A stretch of 64,000 bases of DNA, from assembly GCA_963761305.1 (NCBI GenBank), contig CAVXGK010000002.1:3008001-3072000 (forward strand), written 5' to 3'. Every line of letters begins with the position of its first letter. The stretch's first letter is position 1. Both the position numbers and the translations under genes were made by a program. The notes beneath the pieces were generated by a model. That model made no database searches. It saw only the letters and a program-made list of their open reading frames with translations, and was not told the DNA's origin. This stretch comes from an uncultured Gemmatimonadaceae bacterium (GTDB lineage: Bacteria > Gemmatimonadota > Gemmatimonadetes > Gemmatimonadales > Gemmatimonadaceae). Positions 37,367-46,886 of this stretch are shown in pieces.

Positions 37367-38626
37367 ATGAAAGAAGGCACGCAAATCGTCGTCGCGCTCG
37401 GCGCGGCGGTCGTCATTGGTGCGGCAATCGCCGCGTCGGGAAACGGCACGGCGCTCAACGCCGCCGACGCCGTGGCGCCGCTCGGCACGCTGTGGGTGAA
37501 CGCGATTCGGATGACGGTGATTCCGCTCATCGTCTCTCTGCTCATCACTGGCGTTTCGTCCACCGCCGACGTCGCGTCGATCGGGCGGCTGGGCGGGCGC
37601 ACGCTGTTGATCTTCGCATTGTTGTTGGCCGGCGTGGCCGCGGTCGTCGTGCCGCTCGCGCCGAGTCTCTTCGCGCTGCTTCCGTTCCCGTCGAACGTCG
37701 GCGGGCATCCGCCGCTGCCCGCGGGCGCGGCCGAGGCGGCGAGTCAACTCACCGGCGCGCAGGGTCAGACATTTGGCCGGTGGCTCACGTCGCTCATTCC
37801 GTCGAATCCGATCGCGGCCGCGGCAAGCGGCGACATGGTGGCGCTCATCGTGTTCTCGATTCTGCTCGCGCTGGCGATCGTGCGGATTCCCGCGGCGACG
37901 CGTGAGCCGCTCACGGCTTTCTTCAGATCGCTCTGCGCGGCGATGCTCGTGCTGGTGCGCTGGGTGATCGCGTTCGCGCCCGTTGGCGTCTTCGCGCTCG
38001 TGCTGCCGCTCGTCGCGCACCTCGGCGCCGGCGTGGCGGGCGCGATCGGGTTGTACATCGCGGCTAACTGCGTGGCGTGCATCGCAGTGACGTTGCTGCT
38101 CTATCCCGTCGCGGCGATCGTCGGCCGCGTTCCGATTCGACAATTCGCGCGCGCGATCTTTCCGTCTCAGCTGATAGCGTTCGGCTCGAGCTCGTCGATC
38201 GCGACGTTGCCGGCGATGGTCGAGAGCGCGGAAGAAGGCTTAGGGATATCGAACCGCGTCGCCGGATTCTCGCTGCCGCTCGCGGTGTCGGTGTTCAAGA
38301 TCGCCGCGCCGGCGTCGTGGACGGTTGGCGCGCTTTTCATCGGATGGTTCTATGGCATCCCGCTGCACGCGCAGCAACTGGCGACGGTGGCGTTCGCCGC
38401 GGTGTTCCTCGCCTTCGCGGCGCCGGGCATTCCTCGCGGCGCGTTTCTCATGCTGGCGCCTCTCTTCTTGGCGATCGGCTTGCCGGTCGAGGGCATCGGC
38501 ATTCTCATCGCGGTGGATGCGATTCCCGACACGTTCGCCACGGTCCTCAACGTCACCGGCGATCTGGTGGCGACGACACTCGCGAATCGCTTCAGTCCAC
38601 CGGTAGAAGCGGCGTCGCAGCGCTAG
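37367..38626 (+). CDS. Dicarboxylate/amino acid:cation symporter (DAACS, GltP-like)
   Basis: LIPSNPI, AFGSSSSIATLP, APGIPRGA, GLPVEGIGILIAVD, TVLNVTGD. Confidence 0.93.
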   Translation: MKEGTQIVVALGAAVVIGAAIAASGNGTALNAADAVAPLGTLWVNAIRMTVIPLIVSLLITGVSSTADVASIGRLGGRTLLIFALLLAGVAAVVVPLAPSLFALLPFPSNVGGHPPLPAGAAEAASQLTGAQGQTFGRWLTSLIPSNPIAAAASGDMVALIVFSILLALAIVRIPAATREPLTAFFRSLCAAMLVLVRWVIAFAPVGVFALVLPLVAHLGAGVAGAIGLYIAANCVACIAVTLLLYPVAAIVGRVPIRQFARAIFPSQLIAFGSSSSIATLPAMVESAEEGLGISNRVAGFSLPLAVSVFKIAAPASWTVGALFIGWFYGIPLHAQQLATVAFAAVFLAFAAPGIPRGAFLMLAPLFLAIGLPVEGIGILIAVDAIPDTFATVLNVTGDLVATTLANRFSPPVEAASQR

Positions 38627-39639
38627 CGCGCTGTCGAGTCCAGCGCGAGCAGACCGCGCAGCACAGACTGCGGGGCGAGAAACGCGGAGCCGTGGCGAAT
38701 GCCGCGCGGCGTCTTGAGCGAGTCGCGGAACTGCTCCCAATGCTCGAAGTCGTGCGAGCGCACCGCGCCGTAGTGACCGCGCGTGTACTCGTCGTAGTAG
38801 ACATACCACCAGTCGCCCGAGTGCATCACCGACGGACCTTCCGTGTCCTGGTCGGTGATCGCGGGCGATGCCGGTCCGTACGGCCCGGTCGCGTGCTTGC
38901 TCGACGCGATGCGGATGTAGCGGTGCAGCGGATAGAACGTCTCGTCCTTCATGACGAGGTAGTACGTGTCGCCGCGTTTGGCGATCGTGCCGTCGATGGC
39001 GCAGAAGCCGCCGTCGTAAAGCAGTTTGGCGGGCGAGTACGTCTTGAAGTCCTTCGTCGTCGTGAAGTAGAGGCGATGGTCCGCTCGGCCGCGCGACGTC
39101 TTCTGCGCGATCGAGTCCGTGGTCGGGAAACGCCCCGGGATCGACGACGCCCACACGATCACGAACTGTTTCGTCGCGTCGTCGTAGAAGAGATCCGGCG
39201 CCCACGTGTTCAGCGCATCGGGCTCATGCTCCATCACCGGCACGCGCGTCTGTTCCGACCAGTGGATCAGGTCGGGCGAGTGTGCGACGCCGATCGCGTG
39301 ATCGGTCCAGGCGACGGTCCACACGAGGTGGAACATGCCGTCCGGCCCGCGCAGAATGCTCGGATCACGCATCAGCGCGGCGGTCGTGTTCCACTCCTGC
39401 CAGCCGCGGCCAGCGCCGGTGATCGCCGGCGTGATGACCGCCTTGCCGCCGTTGAGTGGAAGCCACGTCACGCCGTCGCGGCTGTACGCGAGATGCACGC
39501 CGTCTTCACCGTTGCGCGTGAAGTACGAGAACAGAAACGCGCTCTGCTCCGGCGCGGGCCCCGGCGGGTGCGATGGGTGTCCGCACGCGACGAGCGCGAT
39601 CGTCGCGAGCGAGCGCCACGAGCCGAGCCGAGCTTTCAT
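38623..39639 (-). CDS. GH43-like beta-propeller glycoside hydrolase, lipoprotein
   Basis: ATG at 39639 with LVAC lipobox; MRDPSI, WAPDL, CAIDGTI and TEGPS catalytic-type motifs. Confidence 0.85.
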   Translation of the reverse strand: MKARLGSWRSLATIALVACGHPSHPPGPAPEQSAFLFSYFTRNGEDGVHLAYSRDGVTWLPLNGGKAVITPAITGAGRGWQEWNTTAALMRDPSILRGPDGMFHLVWTVAWTDHAIGVAHSPDLIHWSEQTRVPVMEHEPDALNTWAPDLFYDDATKQFVIVWASSIPGRFPTTDSIAQKTSRGRADHRLYFTTTKDFKTYSPAKLLYDGGFCAIDGTIAKRGDTYYLVMKDETFYPLHRYIRIASSKHATGPYGPASPAITDQDTEGPSVMHSGDWWYVYYDEYTRGHYGAVRSHDFEHWEQFRDSLKTPRGIRHGSAFLAPQSVLRGLLALDSTAR

Positions 39640-39641
39640 GT

Positions 39642-40976
39642 CTACGATTTCTTCTTCATCAAGAGCGTGAGCGGCGTGGTCGCCGTCGGCCCGATGTCCA
39701 CCGGGATGTCCAGCTCTTCGTAGCCTTGCTTCGTGATGTGCAGTAGAGAGCCGCCCTCGGGAAGGAAGACGAGACTCACCGTGCCCGTCGCCGTGGTGCT
39801 GACGTACGTTCCCGTCTTGGCGTCGGCGACTCGCGCGCTGTCGACCGGCTCGCCGGTGTCCTGGTCGTAAATCCCGAGGAGACGGTAACGATACGAGGGA
39901 AGCGCCGCCGCCGAGTCGTGGCCGACGGCAACCGAGTCGTGGAACGCGACGGTCGAGTCGTGACGCGGCGAGGCGTCGATGGCGACGGGCGTCGTCGTCT
40001 GAACGCCGGAAAGCGTCGCGCGAATCCCCGGCACTCCGTCGGAAGGCGATCGCACGTACGACGTTTGCCCCGGCTCGTAGACGACGCCCTCCTTGAGCAC
40101 GATGAAGAGCGCGTTGTTGCTCCCGACCTTGCCGACCGAGTTGTCCCAATCGTCGAGATACTTGATCTGCTCGATATGCTCGGGCCGAATCTCGCAGAGC
40201 ACCTGTAGCGTCCCCGCCGACAATCCCGACAGTGCGCCGCGATGTCCCGCCTGGCATGCCGGGTCGGTCGTGATGGTGAGGATGCGCCGTCCGTTCACCC
40301 ACGCGCTGGTTCGCGAGAACGCGGACGGCGCGCCGGACGATCGCGTGGTGCGCGGACAGCCGCCCGCGTTCGTGTTGGAGATCGGGCAGGCGCGGGCCGC
40401 GGTGCGCACGCTCGCCGGGACGCCGCCCCATGGATTGCAAATTCGGCCGCAGACCATGTCCGGCTTGAGCTTTCTCAGAATGTCCGACGCGTCGATCAGC
40501 TCGTCCGCGTGTTTGGCGATCTCGTCGGCATCGATGAAGTAGCTCTTGCGCTTGAGATCTTCCTGCGCGGTCACCGTCACCGGCGCGAGCGATTGGGTCG
40601 TGCGATGCATGACGACGTCGAATGACAGGCGCCCCGACTTGCCGCGAAAGAACTGGTCGGAACGGTTGTAGCCGATCTTGCGCACGACCAGCTGATAGTC
40701 TCCTTGCGGCTGCTCCACCGTCAGCGAGACGTGGCCGCTCGGATCGGTGGTGCCGCTCGCTTTCGACTCACTCAGGCCGACGAGAACCGCCGCCTCCGCG
40801 CCGTCGACGGCGATCCCCGCGCTGTCGATGACCCGCACGCTCACGACCAGCGGCGGAATCGTGGGTGTTGCCGTCGCCTGTGCGGCGCCGCTCACCGACG
40901 TCAGGCTCGTGGCGACCGCCGCGGCCAGCGTCAACGCGGAAAGGGTCCGGCAATTTCTCGCTGCCCGAACCGACAT
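39642..40976 (-). CDS. Secreted carboxypeptidase-regulatory-like domain protein with an internal TonB plug-like segment
   Basis: ATG at 40976; VRVIDSAG..VDGAE...YQLVVRKIGY; WVNGRR...IRPEHIEQIKYL...ALFIVLK; a second regulatory-like domain at the C-terminus. Confidence 0.72.
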   Translation of the reverse strand: MSVRAARNCRTLSALTLAAAVATSLTSVSGAAQATATPTIPPLVVSVRVIDSAGIAVDGAEAAVLVGLSESKASGTTDPSGHVSLTVEQPQGDYQLVVRKIGYNRSDQFFRGKSGRLSFDVVMHRTTQSLAPVTVTAQEDLKRKSYFIDADEIAKHADELIDASDILRKLKPDMVCGRICNPWGGVPASVRTAARACPISNTNAGGCPRTTRSSGAPSAFSRTSAWVNGRRILTITTDPACQAGHRGALSGLSAGTLQVLCEIRPEHIEQIKYLDDWDNSVGKVGSNNALFIVLKEGVVYEPGQTSYVRSPSDGVPGIRATLSGVQTTTPVAIDASPRHDSTVAFHDSVAVGHDSAAALPSYRYRLLGIYDQDTGEPVDSARVADAKTGTYVSTTATGTVSLVFLPEGGSLLHITKQGYEELDIPVDIGPTATTPLTLLMKKKS

Positions 40977-40984
40977 ACGCAACC

Positions 40985-42562
40985 TCACATCCGTGACTCG
41001 GCGGCAATACGCCGAAGCTCGGGAAGGATCCTGCCGATCTGCGTCGCCCCGGCGTCGGGGTTCCCGAATCCAAAATAGAGGTTCTTGTACATCGGGTACA
41101 GACGGTCGTATACCGAACGTTGGATCGAATCCGGCTCGATCGTGCGGAACGACGGGCAGAGCGCGCGCTGCGCGTCCTCGATCGTCGCGAACGTGCCCGC
41201 GGCGAGGAAGGCGAAGATCGCCGAGCCGAGTCCCGTGATCGGCCGCTCCGGCACGAGCACCGGCACGCCGAACACGTTCGCGTACACCCGATTGAGCACT
41301 TCGTTCTTCTGGGGAATGCCGCCGGCGTTGATCACCCGACGGATCGGCACGCCGTGCTCGGCCATTCGGTCGAATACGACACGCGTATGAAGCGCCGTGC
41401 CCTCGATCGCCGCGAACAGATCGTCGCGCGCGTCGTGGTTCAGGTTCCAGCCCAGCGTGACCCCGCCGAGGTTGGGGTTGACCAGCACGGTGCGATCGCC
41501 GTTGTCCCAGGTCAGCCGCAGCAATCCGGTTTGGCCGGCGCGATATTCGTCGAGACCATTGGAGAGCACGCGTACGCTCGTGCCGGCCCGGCGTGCGATC
41601 GCCTCGAAGATGTCGCCGACGGCGGACAGGCCTGCCTCGACACCCACATAATCCGGATGTACCGAACCAGGGACGACGCCGCACACGCCTGGCACGCAGT
41701 CAGCCTGTTTCGCGATCGCAATGATGCACGTGCTGGTGCCCACGACGTTGACGACGTCGCCTTCCTGAATTCCCGCGCCGACGGCGTCCCAGTGCGCGTC
41801 GAACGCGCCGACAGGAATCGGAATCCCGGCTTGAAGCCCAAGTCGCGCGGCCCACTCACCGCTCAATTGGCCGGCGACGTGGTTCGACGTACGATAGCGT
41901 CCGTCGAGCTTCGCTCGCACGCCGGCGAAGAGCGGATCGACCGACGCGAGAAAGCTCTCCGACGGTAGTCCGCCGTGCGCGGCGCTCCACAGCCACTTGT
42001 GTCCCATCGCGCACACGGAGCGCGGAACGTTCTCGACGTTGGTCTCACCGGAGAGCACCGCCGCGACCATGTCGCAGTGCTCGAGCGCCGACGCGAACCG
42101 CGCGCGCTTGTCGGGGTTGTGGCGCAGCCAGTGCAGCAGCTTGGCGAATCCCCACTCCGACGAGTACACACCGCCGCACATCTCGATCGCGGGCAACTGC
42201 TCGCGGCTCGCGACCTCGGTGATGAGCGCCGCTTCGCCCTTCGCGCGATGGTCGGCCCACAGATAGTAGTCGTCGAGCGGCATGAGGCGTTCGTCCACCG
42301 GCACGACGGTCGAGCCCGTGGTGTCGAGCGCGATCGCTTCGACGTGCTTGCCGTCGACCTTCGCGTCGGCGAGCGCCTGCTGAGTCGCCGACGCGAGCGC
42401 CTCCATGTGCGACGCGTGCGACTGCGTCGCGAAGTCCGGGTCGCGCCGATCGCGATTCACCGGATACTCGGCGGTGCCTGCGCCGATCGGCCCGCGTTCG
42501 CTGTCGACGATCGCGACGCGCACGCTCTGCGTGCCGAAGTCTACTCCCGCGACGACCGCCAC
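40985..42562 (-). CDS. araB: Ribulokinase (FGGY family)
   Basis: GVDFGTQSVR, DTTGST, LWADHRA, GGVYSSEWGFAK, CAMGHKW, FDAHWDAVG, WDNGDRT. GTG start at 42562. Confidence 0.88.
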   Translation of the reverse strand: MAVVAGVDFGTQSVRVAIVDSERGPIGAGTAEYPVNRDRRDPDFATQSHASHMEALASATQQALADAKVDGKHVEAIALDTTGSTVVPVDERLMPLDDYYLWADHRAKGEAALITEVASREQLPAIEMCGGVYSSEWGFAKLLHWLRHNPDKRARFASALEHCDMVAAVLSGETNVENVPRSVCAMGHKWLWSAAHGGLPSESFLASVDPLFAGVRAKLDGRYRTSNHVAGQLSGEWAARLGLQAGIPIPVGAFDAHWDAVGAGIQEGDVVNVVGTSTCIIAIAKQADCVPGVCGVVPGSVHPDYVGVEAGLSAVGDIFEAIARRAGTSVRVLSNGLDEYRAGQTGLLRLTWDNGDRTVLVNPNLGGVTLGWNLNHDARDDLFAAIEGTALHTRVVFDRMAEHGVPIRRVINAGGIPQKNEVLNRVYANVFGVPVLVPERPITGLGSAIFAFLAAGTFATIEDAQRALCPSFRTIEPDSIQRSVYDRLYPMYKNLYFGFGNPDAGATQIGRILPELRRIAAESRM

Positions 42563-42575
42563 GTGGATCTCGCTC

Positions 42576-44075
42576 TCAGGCGTGCCGCAGCACGTCCCAG
42601 CCCAGATACCGCGTCGTCGCTTCGTGAACGGCGTCGGCGACGGTCGCCATCGTCGCGGCGACGTGGTGCTCGAAGCCGTTCGTGCAGATGAAACGCAACA
42701 GCTCCTGCAACCGTGGAATTTCGGCGACGCCGGCGCCACCGAACGTCGTCAGCGGATCGTCGGTGAAGCGGCCTTCGCCGACGTAGCCGCGAATTTTCCC
42801 GGTGCGGTCGTCGGTCGAGAAGCGCGCGAACGACATCTGGCTCGATCGCACCTTGCCGACGACGGTGCCGTACGTGTTGTCGCGACCGACGGTGCCGGCG
42901 ATGATCGCCTGGTAGTCCATCTTCACGTCTTCGAAGAACGACTTGGGCAGATTGCTGCAGTGGAAGCACACCGCCTTGTCGGGGTCCTCGCCGTAGTTGT
43001 TGTTCCAGTCGAGCAGCGCGCTCGGCGTCTGCGACGCGAGCGTGAGCGCGTACATGCTGATCGTGCCGCACACGTCCACCTCGCACGCGCTCGGCATGTT
43101 CACGTCGCTCATCATGCTCATGATCGTGCACGGCACGACGCCGAAGAATTCCTCGAGCGACGTCCAGCACTGCACCGCGCTCACGTTGACGTCCGTCTCG
43201 CGCATCCAGCGGTCGATGACGAGACCGAGCTTGGCCATCTTCACCAGCGCGTCGCCCGGGATGCCGTCGGTGGCGACGTACTCCTGCATCTCGCCGAGTT
43301 TGTAGAGGACGTCCGCGTCGTCGTTCGCCAAGCGGTTCACCCGGCCGAGTACTTCGGAGAGATCGATGGGCTCGACGGCGATGCCGGAGGCCTCGAGGAT
43401 CTTTTCGCTGTAGCGAACCGTCTTGAACGCCGCCGGCCGCGCGCCGATGGCGCCGATGCGCGCCGTCTTGAGACCGCGCGCCACGCGACACGTCGCCACG
43501 AATCGCCGGAGGTCGGCGCGGAAGCTGGCGGACTCGGGGCGCTGGGTGTGCAGCGACGTCAGAGTATATGGTATGCCGTACTGCGTCAAAACGTTACAGA
43601 CCGACATTTTCCCGCAGAATGCGTCGCGCCGGAAGTCGATTCCCATTTTCGCCGGATCGTCGGCGGCGGCGTGAATGAGAACCGGCACGTTCAGACCGGA
43701 GAGTCGAAGCGTCTCGGCGATGGCGCGTTCGTCGCCGAAGTTCGGGAGCGTGACGACGACGCCGGCGATCTCGTCCGCGTGCTTTCGGAAGAGCGCCGCG
43801 CAGGCCTTGGATTCGTCGCGGCTCTCTACTGCGCCGTGGACGGAATCGTCGAGCTCCAGGGCGATGGCGTCGATGCCTTCCTCGGCGAAGGCGCGCAGCA
43901 TCTCGTCGCGGCCCGTACGAGCCAGGTGTCCGGGGAAAAAGCCCCGGTTGCCGACGAGCAGGGCGAGCGTGACGCGTTCGACGGGGGGCCGCCGTTCGGC
44001 GCGCCGTTCGGCCTGGACCACGTGCTTCGCGGTGAGCTTTCCGCCAGCGTTGGATTCGAGTTGATGAATGCGCAT
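42576..44075 (-). CDS. L-fucose/L-arabinose isomerase family protein (FucI-like)
   Basis: LPNFGDE, RRDAFCGKMS, AVQCW, PSACEVD, FHCSNLP, GFEHHVA. Confidence 0.85.
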   Translation of the reverse strand: MRIHQLESNAGGKLTAKHVVQAERRAERRPPVERVTLALLVGNRGFFPGHLARTGRDEMLRAFAEEGIDAIALELDDSVHGAVESRDESKACAALFRKHADEIAGVVVTLPNFGDERAIAETLRLSGLNVPVLIHAAADDPAKMGIDFRRDAFCGKMSVCNVLTQYGIPYTLTSLHTQRPESASFRADLRRFVATCRVARGLKTARIGAIGARPAAFKTVRYSEKILEASGIAVEPIDLSEVLGRVNRLANDDADVLYKLGEMQEYVATDGIPGDALVKMAKLGLVIDRWMRETDVNVSAVQCWTSLEEFFGVVPCTIMSMMSDVNMPSACEVDVCGTISMYALTLASQTPSALLDWNNNYGEDPDKAVCFHCSNLPKSFFEDVKMDYQAIIAGTVGRDNTYGTVVGKVRSSQMSFARFSTDDRTGKIRGYVGEGRFTDDPLTTFGGAGVAEIPRLQELLRFICTNGFEHHVAATMATVADAVHEATTRYLGWDVLRHA

Positions 44076-44212
44076 GGGACGGTTTTCAAGAGAGCGGGTA
44101 AGTCGTTAGAGCATATCGGGCGTACAGGGTCGCCGGAAGACCGTCGCGTTGACACCTCGGTGCGCCGAAGGCATTGTTCGCGCGCCGACCTGACCCTCAC
44201 CGAGAGAACTGA

Positions 44213-45268
44213 ATGAACCGCCCGCGTTTTCGTCCCGAAATTGGCGTTCTGGTGCTGGCCACGCTGCTCGCCTCCTGCAGCGAGACGAAGACCGACAAGT
44301 CGAGCGCATCGCCGCAAGCTGGGGGGGGCGCGTCGGCCGCGGGCGGCGGCAAGACGTTCACCATCGCCATGATCGCCAAGAGCTCGACCAACCCGGTGTT
44401 TCTATCGGGACGCCAGGGCGCCGAGGCTGCTGCTGCCGAGCTGACGAAGGCGAACGGGGTGAACGTGAAGATCGACTGGCTCACCCCGCCCGACGAGGAC
44501 CCCACGCTCCAGGCGCAGCGCATCGGCGAGGCGGTGAACGCCGGCGCGAACGCGATTCTTCTCTCGGCGAGCGACGCCGGAAAGCTCGTCGGTGCGGTAG
44601 ACGAAGCCGTCGCGCGCGGCGTGCCGGTGATGACGTTCGACAGCGACGTCGCCGGCTCCAAGCGCTTTTCGTTCTACGGTGGGGACGACGCGTTGATGGG
44701 CACGCAGGTGATGCAGGAGCTGGCGAAGCAGATGGGCGACAAAGGCAAGATCGCGATTCTCGCCGGCAACCAGAACGCGCCCAATCTCCAGAAGCGCGTC
44801 GAGGGGGTGAAGACGGAAGCGGCGAAGCATCCCGGCATCACGATCCTCAACACGTTCTACCACGCCGAGACGCCGCAGGACGCCGCCGCTGAGGTGACGC
44901 GCGCCCAGAACGCATATCCCGACATTCAGGGCTGGGCGATGATCGGCGGCTGGGCACTCTTCACGCCGGCGCTCCTCACTGACCTCGATCCAAAGAAGGT
45001 GAAGATCGTGTCCGTCGACGCGCTGCCGGTGGAGTTGCCGTACGTGGACAAGGGACTCGCGCCCGTGCTGTTCGCGCAGCCGACGTACCTCTGGGGCTAC
45101 GTCTCGGTGAAGACGATCTTCGACCACGTGTATCTGCACAAGGATGTGCCGGCGCACGTGCAGATGGATCTCGTGCGCGTGTCGAAGGAGAACCTCGGGC
45201 AGTGGGCGCGTCAGTTGAAGGACTGGGGATTCAGCGACGTAGATCCGAAGTTCCTGTCGATGAAATAG
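44213..45268 (+). CDS. Sugar ABC transporter substrate-binding lipoprotein (RbsB-like)
   Basis: LLASC lipobox; IAKSSTNPVF, GVPVMTFDSD, NLQKRVEG, IVSVDAL. Confidence 0.9.
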   Translation: MNRPRFRPEIGVLVLATLLASCSETKTDKSSASPQAGGGASAAGGGKTFTIAMIAKSSTNPVFLSGRQGAEAAAAELTKANGVNVKIDWLTPPDEDPTLQAQRIGEAVNAGANAILLSASDAGKLVGAVDEAVARGVPVMTFDSDVAGSKRFSFYGGDDALMGTQVMQELAKQMGDKGKIAILAGNQNAPNLQKRVEGVKTEAAKHPGITILNTFYHAETPQDAAAEVTRAQNAYPDIQGWAMIGGWALFTPALLTDLDPKKVKIVSVDALPVELPYVDKGLAPVLFAQPTYLWGYVSVKTIFDHVYLHKDVPAHVQMDLVRVSKENLGQWARQLKDWGFSDVDPKFLSMK

Positions 45269-45569
45269 GCCCTGACGACGGGAATTTTATCCGACACTGT
45301 AACAATCTTCGAGAATCGTTGTTTTCGAAGTAGCAAATCGCGATCGGCTCCCACTTATATAGTAGGGGGGTCGTCATCCAAATTTTGGTCTGGATCGGCG
45401 ACGCCACGCGGGAGTGAACCGGAACTGGCACAAGAGTGCTCCGGATCACCGAACGAGAGCCCGTGTCCGCTCGACGCCTGCCGGGATTAACAACTCGACC
45501 CGACGGCGTCAGACGCACTACCCCCAAATCGCTGATCGAAAGAGCCGGGAGACTTTTCGTCGGCGCCGG

Positions 45570-45965
45570 GCGATCAGTCTCGATCGACGAACGACCAGTC
45601 TCGATCGACGAACAACGAGTACGCGACAGCAAATCGAGTGTGTGCGATCTCGGACTCGTGAAGCGTGACGATCGGATGCCGATGCAATGTATCCAATTGA
45701 TCATTCTGGAAAACCGACCGGCGGTGCGCGATCGCCGGTTCGCGTTGCGCGACGGAGAGAACGCGGTAGTCGAGCGCCGGGCGGAGAAATCGAAGCTGGC
45801 GAACGACGAATCGTCGTCGCCGGCTGTCGATGCGCGATGTCCGGCTCGCCATGCACGATGTCCGACCGGCCATGTGCGATCGCCGATCGACGACGCGGAG
45901 CGTGAAGACGCGGATACCGGACTTTGGGGACATGAAACCGAACATCCGACGAAGGATGTCGGCTG
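45570..45965. repeat. Degenerate 7-nt (21-nt super-period) tandem array
   Basis: For example 45830 atgcgcg atgtccg gctcgcc atgcacg atgtccg accggcc atgtgcg atcgccg atcgacg. The exact 18-mer cagtctcgatcgacgaac occurs at 45575 and 45596. Confidence 0.65.
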
Positions 45966-46047
45966 ACATAGACGATCGCCGCCGCGGAGCGATCGCGCAG
46001 TACCCGGCGCGCACTCGGTGCGCCGGGAATCTTTTTCAAGGAGTCAT

Positions 46048-46830
46048 ATGGAAAACAGGCAAGGCGACGTACTCGAATCAATTCGAGCAGTACAGAACTT
46101 CCTCGACGCGCACGCCGATCGACTCGGGGACGTGAACAAGACGGGCGTGCGACAGCAGCTCGATGAGGTGGTAACGCAGCTCACGGGACACGTCACGTCT
46201 CAGAACGACCACTCGCTGGCCGCACTGGGTGCGACGCGGAAGCAACGTGCGCTGCGGCGCATCCTGGTCAACGAGCACATGCGACCCATCGCGCGCATCG
46301 CGAGCGCGGATCTGCCACCCACGCCCGAGGTGCAGCCACTTACGATGCCGGCGGGACGGCCGACGGTCGCTGTTCTGATTGGCGCGGCACGGGGTATGGC
46401 CGCGGCGGCGGGACGGTTTGCCACGGTCTTCACCGGCGCGGGTTTGCCGGCGGACTTCGTGGCGCAACTCACCACGGCTACGGACGCGCTCGAGGCGGCA
46501 CGCGACCAGCAGACCTTGACGCGATCATCTCGTGCCGGGTCGACGGACGTTCTGGCCGGAACCCTGCAGCGAGGCCGCCGAATCATCCGCGTTCTGGACT
46601 CGCTGGTGGCGAACGCGCTCAAGGATGACCCCGAGTTGTTGACGGCGTGGAAATCCGCGAAGCGAATTCGGCACATCGGGCGACCCGCGGGGATCGCCGG
46701 AGTGACGTTGCCGGCGACGCCACGGACGACGGCTCCGACGACCACTCCGCCGAAGGCCCAGACCGCCCCGACGGCACTGGCGGCGCCGACCGGTCCGGCT
46801 GTCAGTCGTGAGGCGCCGGTTGTAGCGTAG
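46048..46830 (+). CDS. Hypothetical alpha-helical protein with a Pro/Thr/Ala-rich tail
   Basis: ATG at 46048 preceded by AAGGAG; 260 aa; amphipathic helical pattern; no motif recognised. Confidence 0.8.
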   Translation: MENRQGDVLESIRAVQNFLDAHADRLGDVNKTGVRQQLDEVVTQLTGHVTSQNDHSLAALGATRKQRALRRILVNEHMRPIARIASADLPPTPEVQPLTMPAGRPTVAVLIGAARGMAAAAGRFATVFTGAGLPADFVAQLTTATDALEAARDQQTLTRSSRAGSTDVLAGTLQRGRRIIRVLDSLVANALKDDPELLTAWKSAKRIRHIGRPAGIAGVTLPATPRTTAPTTTPPKAQTAPTALAAPTGPAVSREAPVVA

Positions 46831-46844
46831 TCAACCGATTGAAC

Positions 46845-46873
46845 GGTCGAGTCAGTCCGCGGCTGGCTCGACC
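46845..46873. terminator. Hairpin between convergent genes (putative terminator)
   Basis: ggtcgagtcag-tccgcgg-ctggctcgacc stem-loop; no clear U tract. Confidence 0.45.
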
Positions 46874-46886
46874 CTTCGCCGCCGAC

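Noticed and set aside
45231..46135. ORFs 45436..45966 (+), 45574..46014 (-) and 45830..46135 (+) as real genes
   Set aside because: No clear RBS, atypical composition and mutual overlap. They are better explained as by-products of the 7-nt periodic array, though a decayed gene is not excluded.
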